The notes: generated by a model not told the origin, from the sequence alone. A stretch of DNA of 64,000 nt from Candidatus Micrarchaeia archaeon (GCA_038881595.1 JAVZPM010000002.1:64001-128000); one strand, 5' to 3'; counted from the stretch's first letter, positions 20,493-31,297 are shown. A program made the numbers and translations.

Positions 20493-21230
20493 ATGGAAAA
20501 TACAGTAAAGAAAAAGTTATTCTTTACCTCTCTTCCTAGGGTTCCTTCAGGTATATTTGGACTTGATGACATGATGGAGGGAGGTTTCGAAAAAAACAGT
20601 TTAAATCTCATATGTGGAGAATCGGGTTCAGGAAAAACTTTGTTTGCAATGCAATTCATTTTCTTCGGTGCACAAAAATATAACGACAATTCATTATTCA
20701 TATCATTTGAAGAGACAAAGGATGAATTAAAAAGGAGAATGGCGAGATTCGGATTTGATCTTACAGCACAAGAGGCGAGTGGAAAACTTTTGATTTATTC
20801 TTATTCTCTAAGAGAAGTAAACAAATTTATTGAAGATCTTCCTAATATAGAAAGTTTGATAAAAAAGAATAAAATATCTAGAATAGCATTTGATTCTCTT
20901 ACAACCTACTCTGCTTTCTTCGATAATCCTTCAAGAAGAACACTTGAGATAATTTCATTGATCGATAAATTCAAAAAACTAGATTGCACAATTGTTATCA
21001 CTTCTGATCTTAAAATACCTTCTAAGACATTAGAAGCAGAGGAAGGATTGATCAATGAATATTTAGTTGATTCGGTAATTTCACTTTATTCTGTGAGAAG
21101 GGGAGATATTAGAGATTTTGGACTTGAGATAATAAAAATGAGGGGTACAAATCATAGCAGAAAAATTGTTCCAATGAGAATAGTACCTACGGGGATGATA
21201 GTATATCCAGATATGCCATTTATTAAGTAA
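20493..21230 (+). CDS. KaiC-like/RAD55 RecA-superfamily ATPase (single domain)
   Basis: SGIFGLDDMMEGG, Walker A GESGSGKT, ISFEE, Walker B IAFDS, KMRGT. Confidence 0.9.
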   Translation: MENTVKKKLFFTSLPRVPSGIFGLDDMMEGGFEKNSLNLICGESGSGKTLFAMQFIFFGAQKYNDNSLFISFEETKDELKRRMARFGFDLTAQEASGKLLIYSYSLREVNKFIEDLPNIESLIKKNKISRIAFDSLTTYSAFFDNPSRRTLEIISLIDKFKKLDCTIVITSDLKIPSKTLEAEEGLINEYLVDSVISLYSVRRGDIRDFGLEIIKMRGTNHSRKIVPMRIVPTGMIVYPDMPFIK

Positions 21231-21269
21231 TTCTAGAACGATTTGTTTTAATTGTAAGTTATTTTTTAA

Positions 21270-23294
21270 TTAGACTTTTAGTTCTTTTCTTAGTTCTTTT
21301 ATTAACTTCTCTTTTCTCTTACTGTCTTTGATTGCATGTTCAATTACATCTATGAGGTTGTTTACAGCTATTATCTCTATTTTCTTTCTTTTTTCTTCAT
21401 CCAATACGATATCATCTAAATTCTCTTTCGGAACAATTACTGCTTTTAATCCTGCATCAACAGCAGCTTCAACTTTAGCTGTAACTCCGCCTACTGGAAG
21501 AACTTCTCCTCTTACGCTTAATGAACCAGTCATTGCAACATCTTGTCTTATTGCAACTCCTTCCATTGCGCTTAAGACCGCAAGAGCAACAGAAATAGAG
21601 GCGCTATCTCCTTCTACACCTTCGTATGTTTGTAAAAATTGAATATGTATGTCATAACCAGTTACATCTTTTTTCATATGTTTCTTTATTATTGCACTTA
21701 CATTGTCAACTGCTTCTTTTGCAATTTCCCCAAGTTTTCCGGTTGCTATAACCTTTCCTTCGAATTTAGATGAAGCAGGAGTCACTTCTGCAACTATCGG
21801 CATTACCAATCCACTGCTTCCATCACCTATCACCGCTAACCCATTCACTCTTCCGACTTTCGCACCATGAGTCTCTAAAACACTGTATTCTTTCTTTTGT
21901 TCAATCATCATATGTGCAATTTGTTGTTCTATTGTTTTTGCAACTCCTTTTGCCTTAAGTACATGTGATACGTCAGTCACAGGAGAGTTTTCACTTTTTG
22001 CTATATCTCCAGCAGCCCTTATAAGACCACCTAGTTCTCTTAATTTTAATGTAAGTCTTCTTTTTCTACCAGCTTTTCTTTTTGCCTCTTTGATTATTTC
22101 TATAACAGCATCTCTTGTGAAGTGAGGTATTTTTCCGTCCTTCTTTACCTCCTGTGCAACGAATCTAACTAATTTCTCCCTATTTTCCTTAGTGTCCGGC
22201 ATAGTGTCATTAAGGTATACTTCATATCCGTATCCTCTTATTCTTGATCTTAATGCAGGGTGCATATTTTGAAGATCATTTAAATTTCCTGCTGCAACGA
22301 GAACAAAGTCACATGGAACTGGTTCAGTTCTAGTTAAAGCACCACTTGACATCTCACTTTGACCTGTAATTGGGAATTTCTTTTCCTGCATTGCAGTGAG
22401 CAGATCTTGTTGTGATTTTGGATTTAACGTTCCAATTTCATCTATATAAAGAACACCCATATCAGCTCTATGAATCGCTCCACTCTCAACTCTGAGATGT
22501 GCCGGAGTACCCAAACCCCCTGTTTGTAGTGGATCATGTCGTACGTCTCCAAAAAGGGCTCCTGCTTTAGCACCAGTAGCTTCGATGAAAGGTGCGGTTC
22601 TTCTTCCAGTGTTGTCAACTATAAGCTTTGGTTCATTATATTCTTCCCTTCTGATTCCACTTTGAAGTCTTGACGTAAACATCCACATTGCAAGAAAGAA
22701 CAATCCTCCAAGTACAATAGCAGCAATTATTGAAGAGTATTTCTCAATTTCTGAAAGTACTGAAAGGTCTACGAATTGAAATATTAGCAAACCGATTATG
22801 AGAATGATAAGTAATGTAGTTATCCAAGATATGCCACTTTGTTTTTTTGGCATTAGTTTTTGCATCTTGCTTGCAAGTATTATTTTTCTTCCTTGTCCAA
22901 TTTTTTCCTCTTCAGGCGCATTTTCAGGTGGAAGTCCATTAGGGTAGGTAAGTACTGTTTTAATCTTTGGATTATTTTCATCGAATTCATTTGGATATAC
23001 TAATACATCTCTCAGGTTTTCTGCAGGCATTAATTCAGCCATTCCTTGTGCAAGCATACTTTTCCCAGTACCTGGAGAACCAAGAAGAAGAACGTTTCTT
23101 CTCTGTGCAGCAGCTTTCTTTACTATTTCTACTGCCTTATCCTGTCCTATTATTTGATCGATTATTTTTTCAGGTATTTTTATTTCTGCGGTTGTATTAA
23201 ATTTAGGAATAGTTTTTTCAATATCTTCTAAATCTTCACTTATTTTTCTTGTTTTTTTATTTTCTTTTTTTAATTTTAAAGTTTTCTCTTTCAT
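21270..23294 (-). CDS. lonB: Membrane-anchored ATP-dependent protease LonB
   Basis: GSPGTGKS, two TM helices within AAA domain, YIDEI, GDSAS Ser with Lys dyad. Confidence 0.97.
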   Translation of the reverse strand: MKEKTLKLKKENKKTRKISEDLEDIEKTIPKFNTTAEIKIPEKIIDQIIGQDKAVEIVKKAAAQRRNVLLLGSPGTGKSMLAQGMAELMPAENLRDVLVYPNEFDENNPKIKTVLTYPNGLPPENAPEEEKIGQGRKIILASKMQKLMPKKQSGISWITTLLIILIIGLLIFQFVDLSVLSEIEKYSSIIAAIVLGGLFFLAMWMFTSRLQSGIRREEYNEPKLIVDNTGRRTAPFIEATGAKAGALFGDVRHDPLQTGGLGTPAHLRVESGAIHRADMGVLYIDEIGTLNPKSQQDLLTAMQEKKFPITGQSEMSSGALTRTEPVPCDFVLVAAGNLNDLQNMHPALRSRIRGYGYEVYLNDTMPDTKENREKLVRFVAQEVKKDGKIPHFTRDAVIEIIKEAKRKAGRKRRLTLKLRELGGLIRAAGDIAKSENSPVTDVSHVLKAKGVAKTIEQQIAHMMIEQKKEYSVLETHGAKVGRVNGLAVIGDGSSGLVMPIVAEVTPASSKFEGKVIATGKLGEIAKEAVDNVSAIIKKHMKKDVTGYDIHIQFLQTYEGVEGDSASISVALAVLSAMEGVAIRQDVAMTGSLSVRGEVLPVGGVTAKVEAAVDAGLKAVIVPKENLDDIVLDEEKRKKIEIIAVNNLIDVIEHAIKDSKRKEKLIKELRKELKV

Positions 23295-23375
23295 TAAATC
23301 ACATTATTAATCATATAATATTAATCTAAAAATTTAAAAAAAATATATTTTCAAAAATATTACATTTTCATCACT

Positions 23376-24155
23376 TTATTTCAATCTTGAAAAAGCAGTA
23401 TCTCCAGATGGCAGAAGATGAAGTAATTCATCTTTTTTAACATTTAGTTGCTTTGCGATTTTTTCTGCAACTATATCTTTTGAATATCTTCCAGGTTGCA
23501 GAGTAAAACAAATCTTGAATTTATCGGCTCCACTCTCTTCTGGAAGACACAGAAGTTCACCATTTTCATTTAATCCGATAAGTAATTTTAATTGAACTCC
23601 TCTGAAGTAATTTTTTCTTCCTGAAATAAAAAAACTTCCTTTTTGTAGATATTCTCCAGATGGCGGGGATTTACTTACTTGATCTTTCGTTACATAATAG
23701 ACATCGACACTTCCATATCCTGTCTTCCATGCGGATGAATAACAAGCAGCAAATTGAGCAGTTTGTTTAAGAGAGGATTCTGGTGCATTTTTCCCTTTTT
23801 TAAGTACTACAGCAGGAGCTCCAATTATGTCAGCGTGAAAAAATAAATCATCGTTCTCAAGCCTTTTTTTGACTATTTCTTCATTCTGTCCTGCGCTTTT
23901 TCCACCTATTGCTAAAAATCCATCTGTTGTAAAGAACCAATGATACTGACTATACCATTCTTTCTTCTCTTGTTTTTTTTCTTGTTTCTTCTCTTTTTTT
24001 TCTTTTAGTCTTTCCGTTTCTTTTTCCATTTCTTTTTTCGTTTCTTCTATTGCTTTTTTCGTTTCTTCCAGTTTTCTTTTCAACTTTTTGGCATTTTCAA
24101 AATAAGTATTTGCATTGTCAAAAACTTCCTTATTTGGATCGATTATTATTTCCAT
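23376..24155 (-). CDS. NFACT RNA-binding domain protein (short Rqc2/NEMF-like)
   Basis: NANTYFENAKK coiled coil, WYSQYHWF, GGKSAGQNE, FFHAD, QVSKSPPSGEYL.KGSF. Confidence 0.88.
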   Translation of the reverse strand: MEIIIDPNKEVFDNANTYFENAKKLKRKLEETKKAIEETKKEMEKETERLKEKKEKKQEKKQEKKEWYSQYHWFFTTDGFLAIGGKSAGQNEEIVKKRLENDDLFFHADIIGAPAVVLKKGKNAPESSLKQTAQFAACYSSAWKTGYGSVDVYYVTKDQVSKSPPSGEYLQKGSFFISGRKNYFRGVQLKLLIGLNENGELLCLPEESGADKFKICFTLQPGRYSKDIVAEKIAKQLNVKKDELLHLLPSGDTAFSRLK

Positions 24156-24222
24156 ATCTATCAATACTCGAAATATTATAAATCAGATATTAAGAAGAAA
24201 ATAAAGATCTTAAAATAAGTCT

Positions 24223-24411
24223 TTATTCTTTTATTTTTGCTGCATATCTACCTGGGGACTTTATACCTAATTTCTTTGCGATCTCAGAAACTTCTGGATT
24301 AATTATTATTACCTCTCCACTCCATCTATCTGTTAATCGTTCGCTTCCACAGAGCGGACACTTGTTTTGACCTTTTGAAATATATTTACAATCTTTGCAT
24401 GCTTTTTCCAT
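24223..24411 (-). CDS. spt4: Transcription elongation factor Spt4 (RpoE'')
   Basis: ACKDC..CPLCGS, WSG, SEIAKKLGI..PGRYA. Confidence 0.95.
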   Translation of the reverse strand: MEKACKDCKYISKGQNKCPLCGSERLTDRWSGEVIIINPEVSEIAKKLGIKSPGRYAAKIKE

Positions 24412-24439
24412 ATAAACACCTGTGATTCTTTATATTAAA

Positions 24440-25051
24440 TTATTTTTTCTTTCCTTTTTCAGTTTTCTTCTCTTTATCTTCTTCTTTTTCTACTTTCTTT
24501 GTTTTCTTTCCTTTCTCTTCTTCATATAACCAAGTTAAATTTCCTAATCCATCTCCCTTCATTGTCATTGCAATCTTAGTTTCAGGAATTGTTGGTTTCA
24601 TACTAACAGATACTATTCTTGCTCTTACAATATCTCCTTTCTTTACAGTATGTTTGCTTCCTTTTAGAAGAAGGCTTCCTGTTTTTTTATCAAATGTTAT
24701 AAAGTCATTTGCGATTTGAGATAAGTGAACAAGTCCATCAAATGGGCCTATATTTATAAATATTCCAAAATCCATAACCTCTGTTACTTCTCCATTAACA
24801 ATTTCATGTGTTTCTGGAATATATACAAGTACATTATATTTGACGTCGTAGTATGCAGCTCCATCACCTAATACAACCTTTCCTCCTTTTATGTCATGTA
24901 TATTCCATATTTTTAATACAACTCCATATTCTAGGTCAACTTTTCTTTCGTATTTGTCTTGTAATATTCTTAATATGGAATCATTAAGTTCCATTGTGAA
25001 ATATGAAGGAGGCACTCTGATTGTATCAGAAATCGTTATAACTTTGTACAT
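24440..25051 (-). CDS. rpoE1: RNA polymerase subunit E' (Rpo7)
   Basis: IRVPP, GDGAAY, FGIFINIGPFDGLVHLSQI, KGDIVRARI. Confidence 0.96.
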   Translation of the reverse strand: MYKVITISDTIRVPPSYFTMELNDSILRILQDKYERKVDLEYGVVLKIWNIHDIKGGKVVLGDGAAYYDVKYNVLVYIPETHEIVNGEVTEVMDFGIFINIGPFDGLVHLSQIANDFITFDKKTGSLLLKGSKHTVKKGDIVRARIVSVSMKPTIPETKIAMTMKGDGLGNLTWLYEEEKGKKTKKVEKEEDKEKKTEKGKKK

Positions 25052-25203
25052 AAGATCAAACCTCACGATTCAAATCAATGTTTTATATTTGGCAAAATCC
25101 AGTAGGACATTGCCATATAATTAATACAATACCTGACTAGCCACTTATAATAGGAATATATTAAATACTATATTTGATTCAGAAAATTTTAAATTGTATT
25201 GAT

Positions 25204-25623
25204 TTAGTCTCTAAGCATTATAATTTGTGCGCCCAACCTTTTTAAATATTGCTTGAGTTTTTTATCGTACGTTACTATAGATAGTTTTTGTTTCTTTGCT
25301 ATTTTTATGAACCATCTATCTAAAGGTGGGTCTGCTTTCTCTACGTTTATTTTCTTGTCAGTTTCCCATTTTTTGATTATTTTTAGTGCTATAGTTGCAT
25401 TTCTTTTTTCAGACAAACTACTCTTCTTTGAGTTGATAATTTTTTCTAATTCATCATATATTCCAGAAGGAATTACTACAATTGATTTGATCCCTCTAAT
25501 TTTTTTATGGAGTGTTTCTAAAATGTCAATCTTTTTTTGTATAGAATAAATAATCGCATTGGTATCAAACGTCAATATTTGTTTTTCTTCTTTCCTTTCT
25601 ATCTCTTTATTTTCAAATTTCAT
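25204..25623 (-). CDS. PIN domain protein (Fcf1-like)
   Basis: FDTNA, VVIPSGIYDEL, IVTYDKKL; usual position upstream of rpoE1. Confidence 0.8.
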   Translation of the reverse strand: MKFENKEIERKEEKQILTFDTNAIIYSIQKKIDILETLHKKIRGIKSIVVIPSGIYDELEKIINSKKSSLSEKRNATIALKIIKKWETDKKINVEKADPPLDRWFIKIAKKQKLSIVTYDKKLKQYLKRLGAQIIMLRD

Positions 25624-25627
25624 TTAA

Positions 25628-28231
25628 TCACTGTTTCGTTTTTATTAGACGTTTCTTAGCTTCGAATATTATTGTAATAATTACAATAAGAGGAATAATG
25701 TACATCCATTGCATCATAGTAAGAGGTTTAAGTTCAAATAAAGATGACAAAAATGGTATGTAAAATGCAGCAAATAGAATTAGAAATGTTAAACAAATAG
25801 AGAGAATAGTATCTGCAGAAATATGTTTCCATGATTCAAGTAAGCTATCTTTTATTGATATTGAGTTTATAGATATTGTTAATACAGTTATAGATAATAT
25901 TGCTATTGCTAATGTTCTACTATATCCTTCAAATATTGGGATTAATGTTAAATATCCAAAGTATATTGATACAACTAGTGCAATTAAAAGCATCGCAAGG
26001 TATTCATTCGTTTCAGGAAATCTTTTTGATGTTTTAATTGCCAATGATTTTTCATATAATCTTTCCTTCGAGAAATTTGTTGCAATTGCAACATCTGCAA
26101 TTAAATTTATAAGCAGTATCTGGGTTGCAGTCATCATGTCTCCTGTAAATACTATTGCGCTTATCATAACAGTAAAAAATATTGCCATATCTGATGCTGA
26201 TAAAGCATAAAAAGTTCTTTCTATATTTCTTCTCATATCCCTGGATTCCTCTATTAGATCTGCTATACTTTCATATCTATCGTTCTTTATTATTCCATCG
26301 GCATTATTCTTTATTATTCCTGGAGCACTCTCAACTGCCAGAGACACATTCGTGTATAATAATGGACTGTAGTCTGTTCCTATGGATTCGATGTATGTGA
26401 CATGATGCCCTTCTTTTTTAAGCGTATCTAATATCATAGCCTCATATTCTTCTGTAGATTCCGAGAAAACAACGGATTCAAGTATTCTTTTTGTTCTTTC
26501 TTCAGCTCTCATATATTTTAGTTCTTCACATATAACTGCTTTGTCTTTTTCAGTCATTATTCCAATTTCTCTTGCAAAGCTTACTGCCTCTCCACTTTTT
26601 GCTTTAGTTATTATAATTGGCTTTATTCCTGCTTCTTTAAGTTCTTGTACTGTTTTTTTGACTTCTTGCTTTGGTGGATCATATATACCTAATAAAGAAA
26701 GGAATGTAAAGTATTTCGGCTCTTCTTTTTTCCAGGCAAATGCAATTGCATATGGTGTTTGTCCATTTGCAGTCATTTTGATTTCTTGATTTTCTATTTC
26801 TTCTTTAATTTTTTCATCAATCTTTAGGAATTTTCCATTCGAGTAGAGTGATTTGCATCTTTCTTTTACTTTTTCAGAAGGTCCAAACATAACAAATGCA
26901 ATTCTGTTTCTTTTCTTTATCTTAACAATTTTTACATCTTCTGTTTCTTTACTTTCAAGCAACACCCATTCTCCTCTTATATTTGTTATTGGAATTCTAT
27001 TTTTCATTGCCATTACTACTAGTGCACCTTCGATTGGATCGCCGTCAAGATAGGGTATATTATCTTTGTACTCTAGTGTTGCTTCTGTAGCAGCTGCAGC
27101 CATTTCTGTCATCATATCTATAGTTGCGTAATTTTTTGTTCCTTTGAAAATACCAAGAACATCCCATCCATCTCCAGTTACATATACTTCTTTTCTATCT
27201 ATCCATATTCTTCTTACTGTAGGTTCGTTTCTTGTCAGTGATTTTAACATTTCTGTAACTACAACTGTAGTCCTGCCAATTTTATCTGCCGCAGCTTCTC
27301 TTCTAAGCACAATGAATTTAGACATCCTTTCTATCGTCGATGCATATATATAAGTTGCAACACTAAATATAGTGTCAGGGATTGCAGCTACTGCAGCGGC
27401 AGCAGCGATTACGATTGCATTAAATAATGGCATTCCGTCTGCAACTAGTTGAAATACGATAATAAGTGAAGCGAGATACACCACATTTCCAAAAGAATCA
27501 GTGGCTCTCTTTACTCTGCTTATCGAATCGTTTTTCTTTGGATCTGTTGATAAAATGTTTTTAATTCCAAAAACAGTATAGTATTTCGTATTCTTTCCTG
27601 TAGCTGTGACTGTTATTGTACATTCTCCCTTTTTAATAAAAGTTCCGGCATAAACAGACGACGGATCTGATTTATATGGCCTAAAGGTTTTTTCTACTTC
27701 CATTTCTGGTACTTTTTCTACAATTCCTCTTTGGAATATGTTTTCATCAACCAAACAGTTTTTAGCTTTAATAACTATTCCATCTGCAGGAACAAGCATT
27801 CCTTCTTCAAGTATTAATATGTCACCTGGAACGATCTCTTCTATATCAAGTCTAATTATCTTTCCATTTCTGTATGCTTTTACATACCCATAAAATTCTT
27901 TAAGATTTTTTATTATTTTTTCTTCACTTTCTCTATTTCTTATCCAATTTATGGAAACTGTTAGCAAGATTATCGAGATGATTAATAGACTATGAGCAAT
28001 ATTCACTGTAGCAAGAAATATAGCTGCAAGAATTAGAATAATAATAGGATAGCTAAATTGTGAAAAAAGTAGTTCCAATTCACCTGTTCTCGCATATTGA
28101 TAAATAACGTTTTTTCCATTTCTCTTGAGTCGTTCATTCGCTTCTTCTGTTGTTAATCCAATAGGTAGATTTTTAATTTCATTACTAATTTTTTCTTTTT
28201 TTTCATTTATTTCTTTTTTTCTCTCCGCCAT
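25628..28231 (-). CDS. Degenerate type II P-type cation ATPase homologue (catalytic motifs lost)
   Basis: GLTTEEANERL, VPGDI..VPADG, YAGT, GDPIEGAL, DPPK, QILLINL retained; DKTGT, TGES, KGAPE, TGD, GDGVND absent. Confidence 0.85.
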   Translation of the reverse strand: MAERKKEINEKKEKISNEIKNLPIGLTTEEANERLKRNGKNVIYQYARTGELELLFSQFSYPIIILILAAIFLATVNIAHSLLIISIILLTVSINWIRNRESEEKIIKNLKEFYGYVKAYRNGKIIRLDIEEIVPGDILILEEGMLVPADGIVIKAKNCLVDENIFQRGIVEKVPEMEVEKTFRPYKSDPSSVYAGTFIKKGECTITVTATGKNTKYYTVFGIKNILSTDPKKNDSISRVKRATDSFGNVVYLASLIIVFQLVADGMPLFNAIVIAAAAAVAAIPDTIFSVATYIYASTIERMSKFIVLRREAAADKIGRTTVVVTEMLKSLTRNEPTVRRIWIDRKEVYVTGDGWDVLGIFKGTKNYATIDMMTEMAAAATEATLEYKDNIPYLDGDPIEGALVVMAMKNRIPITNIRGEWVLLESKETEDVKIVKIKKRNRIAFVMFGPSEKVKERCKSLYSNGKFLKIDEKIKEEIENQEIKMTANGQTPYAIAFAWKKEEPKYFTFLSLLGIYDPPKQEVKKTVQELKEAGIKPIIITKAKSGEAVSFAREIGIMTEKDKAVICEELKYMRAEERTKRILESVVFSESTEEYEAMILDTLKKEGHHVTYIESIGTDYSPLLYTNVSLAVESAPGIIKNNADGIIKNDRYESIADLIEESRDMRRNIERTFYALSASDMAIFFTVMISAIVFTGDMMTATQILLINLIADVAIATNFSKERLYEKSLAIKTSKRFPETNEYLAMLLIALVVSIYFGYLTLIPIFEGYSRTLAIAILSITVLTISINSISIKDSLLESWKHISADTILSICLTFLILFAAFYIPFLSSLFELKPLTMMQWMYIIPLIVIITIIFEAKKRLIKTKQ

Positions 28232-28256
28232 ATAGATCAGCTAGTAAAAGCATTTA

Positions 28257-29480
28257 TTACTTTACAATTATTCTTTCTCCTACGCTGCTTATTCTCTCAA
28301 GTTTTATAGGTATTTTTGTTCCTACAGGAGTCTGTGCTATCGCAGTTCCCGCTTTTTTATCTATTCCTATTACTTTTCCGATATATGCACCTATCTCTGT
28401 TATTATCTCCTTTCCTTCTAATCTTATCTTCGCTGCGACCCTTATCTTTAACGTTCTAGCAAATTCTGTTGCAAGTAATGTTACGATTATAGAGAGAATT
28501 ATGGCGATTAAAAATTCATAGAACCACGCCTCTCCTACTATCCAAGAGAGAGCAAGATATGATAAGAAAGAGACAACTATCCCATTAAATGAATATAATC
28601 CACTATCTATAAGTTCAAACAAACTTCCTTTTGGATAAAGTTCAATCGCCCTTCCAATCATTATTAAAATTATTATAAATACTGCAAAGGGCCATAGTAT
28701 AGGTCGTAGTCCAAATGATAAAGATTCAAAAAAGCTATAGCCATTTGAGCTTGCATTAATAAATTCATTTACACCTATTGAGATAGATATCAAAGCTAAT
28801 GCGAATATAGGCACATAAACCACAAGTGTAGTTCTTGTAGAGGATGAAAACAAATTTCTAACTGTATTTATAATAAAATCTTCTATACCAAATCCTTTAA
28901 GTAAGAGATATAAACCAACAATACCCACTATAGGTCTCCATCCATATCCAAGCATATCGCTAATAAGAAAAGAAATCAATATTAAAGCAGGAACTCCGAA
29001 GAAAAGTTTTGCATAATATGGCTCTTTTAGTTTGCTTAAAAGAGTAACGTATGTTTTTTCAAGCTCTTTTGCTTGCTTCATAACTACGGTTTTCTTTGAG
29101 TCAAGTTTTACTCTTGAAGAGATTAAAGGAAGCAGTTCTTCGTCATCAGCTCCATCAGTTACAAAAATACATGATGTTGCATGAAACTGTTGAAGAATAG
29201 ACTCTAATTGTGTAACTATTTTCTTATCTGCATGATACCCTAATCGACTATCTCCAGTAATAGTTACAACCTCTGCTTTTTTAGTTTTTATTATTTCATC
29301 ATAGATCTTTACTGCCTGAAACATTGCATTTGCATCTGTATCTTCTGGATCGTTTAGAAGAAGATTAGTTGCAGCATGTATATTTGCTTGTCTTCCTATT
29401 ACTGGCCCAGTTATTCGTGCTTTTTTACCTAAATCATCATCACGATCTACACATAATATTAGTATATTTTCTTTCGTCAT
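28257..29480 (-). CDS. DUF373 family membrane protein with C-terminal PRC-barrel-like domain
   Basis: ILILCVDRDDDLG, DPEDTDAN, FVTDGADDE, several TM helices. Confidence 0.85.
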   Translation of the reverse strand: MTKENILILCVDRDDDLGKKARITGPVIGRQANIHAATNLLLNDPEDTDANAMFQAVKIYDEIIKTKKAEVVTITGDSRLGYHADKKIVTQLESILQQFHATSCIFVTDGADDEELLPLISSRVKLDSKKTVVMKQAKELEKTYVTLLSKLKEPYYAKLFFGVPALILISFLISDMLGYGWRPIVGIVGLYLLLKGFGIEDFIINTVRNLFSSSTRTTLVVYVPIFALALISISIGVNEFINASSNGYSFFESLSFGLRPILWPFAVFIIILIMIGRAIELYPKGSLFELIDSGLYSFNGIVVSFLSYLALSWIVGEAWFYEFLIAIILSIIVTLLATEFARTLKIRVAAKIRLEGKEIITEIGAYIGKVIGIDKKAGTAIAQTPVGTKIPIKLERISSVGERIIVK

Positions 29481-29631
29481 TCAAGCACCATTGAGTTTTT
29501 TTTCTATGAATAAATGTTATTAAATATTTATAAATTCTATTATTGTATATAATATAATCTTACGTAATTATAAATCTAAGACCTATTTTAATTGATTAAT
29601 AATTTAAGAGTTAATTTTAAAGTTGGTAGTT

Positions 29632-30339
29632 ATGGAAAAAGATAGAGAAGTTATAGCTGTTCCTGGAGATATACTTGGAACAGAAGAGGAATTTCTTCCT
29701 GGAGAGGGAACATATACAGATAAAGATGGAAATATTCGTGCATTAAACGCAGGAATTGTTGAAATCAGCGATGATAGGCGAATATCTGTTTTTTCAGATA
29801 GAGAACCTGAAAAACTTAAACCAGGTGATGTAGTTTATGGTAGAGTAGAAGAAATGTTTGAGTCAGTCGCATTCCTTACTATCGAGCATCCAAATTCTTC
29901 AAGTATAGAACGAATTGATAGGATGTCAGCAGTTATTCCAATTTCAGAGATAAAAGAAGGATATGTTAAATCAATACGAGATGCAATTCATGTTGGTGAT
30001 ATCATAATTGGTGCAGTTAAAGAAGTTACTCCATTAAGAATAATTGTTACTCTTAAACCAAAAGGAATGGGCGTAGTAATGGCGTATTGTAGTTACGATC
30101 GAAAGCCAATGTTATTGAAAGGAAGGTCTCTTATTTGTAGTAAATGTGGACAAAAAGAGGAACGTCTTATTGCAGATAGCTATGGAAAATTTGAATACAT
30201 TGAATCTGCACAAATAATTCCAGAAAGAAAAGATAGATTTCAGAAATTAAGATTAGTAAAAGGAAGGTTTTCTGGAAGAAAGAAATATAGATATTTTCAG
30301 GAAAAATTTCAATTTAAAAAAAGAAGATCAAGATTCTAA
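29632..30339 (+). CDS. csl4: Exosome RNA-binding subunit Csl4
   Basis: VPGDILGTEEEFLPGEGTY, S1 domain, Zn-ribbon-like C-terminus; adjacent to rpoL. Confidence 0.92.
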   Translation: MEKDREVIAVPGDILGTEEEFLPGEGTYTDKDGNIRALNAGIVEISDDRRISVFSDREPEKLKPGDVVYGRVEEMFESVAFLTIEHPNSSSIERIDRMSAVIPISEIKEGYVKSIRDAIHVGDIIIGAVKEVTPLRIIVTLKPKGMGVVMAYCSYDRKPMLLKGRSLICSKCGQKEERLIADSYGKFEYIESAQIIPERKDRFQKLRLVKGRFSGRKKYRYFQEKFQFKKRRSRF

Positions 30340-30404
30340 TAGTTTTAGTATTTTAAAGTTTTGTCTACAATAGTTTTAATATTGTATAATAATGAGGTGT
30401 TTAA

Positions 30405-30668
30405 ATGTCTGAATTAAAGGTTAATAAAGTAGATAAGAATCATGTAGAGATTCATTTTTTTGGTGAGGACATTGCTTTTGTTCATGCTCTTAGAGAATTT
30501 GTTATCGAAAACGATGATGTTGAGTTTGCAGCAGTTAAGCAGGAACACATAGAAGTGGGAGAACCTATTCTTGTTGTGAAAACAAAGAAAGGAAATCCAA
30601 TCCCTATCGTTGCAAAAGCTGCTGCAAAGCTTGCAAAGACAGCTGAAGATCTTGTAAAATCAATTTAA
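30405..30668 (+). CDS. rpoL: RNA polymerase subunit L (Rpo11)
   Basis: GED...LRE...DDVEFAA...H pattern; follows csl4. Confidence 0.82.
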   Translation: MSELKVNKVDKNHVEIHFFGEDIAFVHALREFVIENDDVEFAAVKQEHIEVGEPILVVKTKKGNPIPIVAKAAAKLAKTAEDLVKSI

Positions 30669-30706
30669 TAGATAAATCAAATAATCTAATAGAATTATCT
30701 GATTAG

Positions 30707-31297
30707 ATGACAAATCTTGTCCGGAAAGAAAGTATAAAAATAGACAAAAATATTAGAATTCTTGCAGTGGACGATTCCCCTAGAATCAATTCTTCTTCCT
30801 TTCTTATAGGGATTGTTTATAGGAATGGAATTGTAGAAGGAGCTGTCAGTACTAATATAACATACGATGGAGATGATAGTACAGAACAAATAATAAAGAT
30901 GGTAAAGAGATCTCGTTTTTCAAATCAAATAAAATTAATTCTGCTAAATAGCATTACAATGGGAGGTTTAAATATAATAGATATATCTGAATTGTCTAAT
31001 TCTCTTTCAATACCTGTTATTGCAATCACTCGTCACTTGCCAAGAGTTTCTGAACTAGAGAAAGCAGTTGATAGGCTTGAGATTTCGAAAGAGGAAAAAG
31101 AAAGAAAACTTAATGCAATCAAGAATGCTGGAGAACCGTTTAAAATCAAAACAAAGCCAATACTCTATGCTCAGGTAGCAGGCATAGACAGGTTTAAGGC
31201 AATGGAAGCAATCAAAGATATAGGCATAGAACCTTTGAGATTATCACATATAATTGCTTCTGCGCTTGTTTTAGGAGAATCAAAGGGAAGATTCTAA
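30707..31297 (+). CDS. DUF99 family endonuclease V-like protein
   Basis: RILAVDDSP, DGDDST, ITMGGLNIID, EPLRLSHIIAS. Confidence 0.88.
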   Translation: MTNLVRKESIKIDKNIRILAVDDSPRINSSSFLIGIVYRNGIVEGAVSTNITYDGDDSTEQIIKMVKRSRFSNQIKLILLNSITMGGLNIIDISELSNSLSIPVIAITRHLPRVSELEKAVDRLEISKEEKERKLNAIKNAGEPFKIKTKPILYAQVAGIDRFKAMEAIKDIGIEPLRLSHIIASALVLGESKGRF

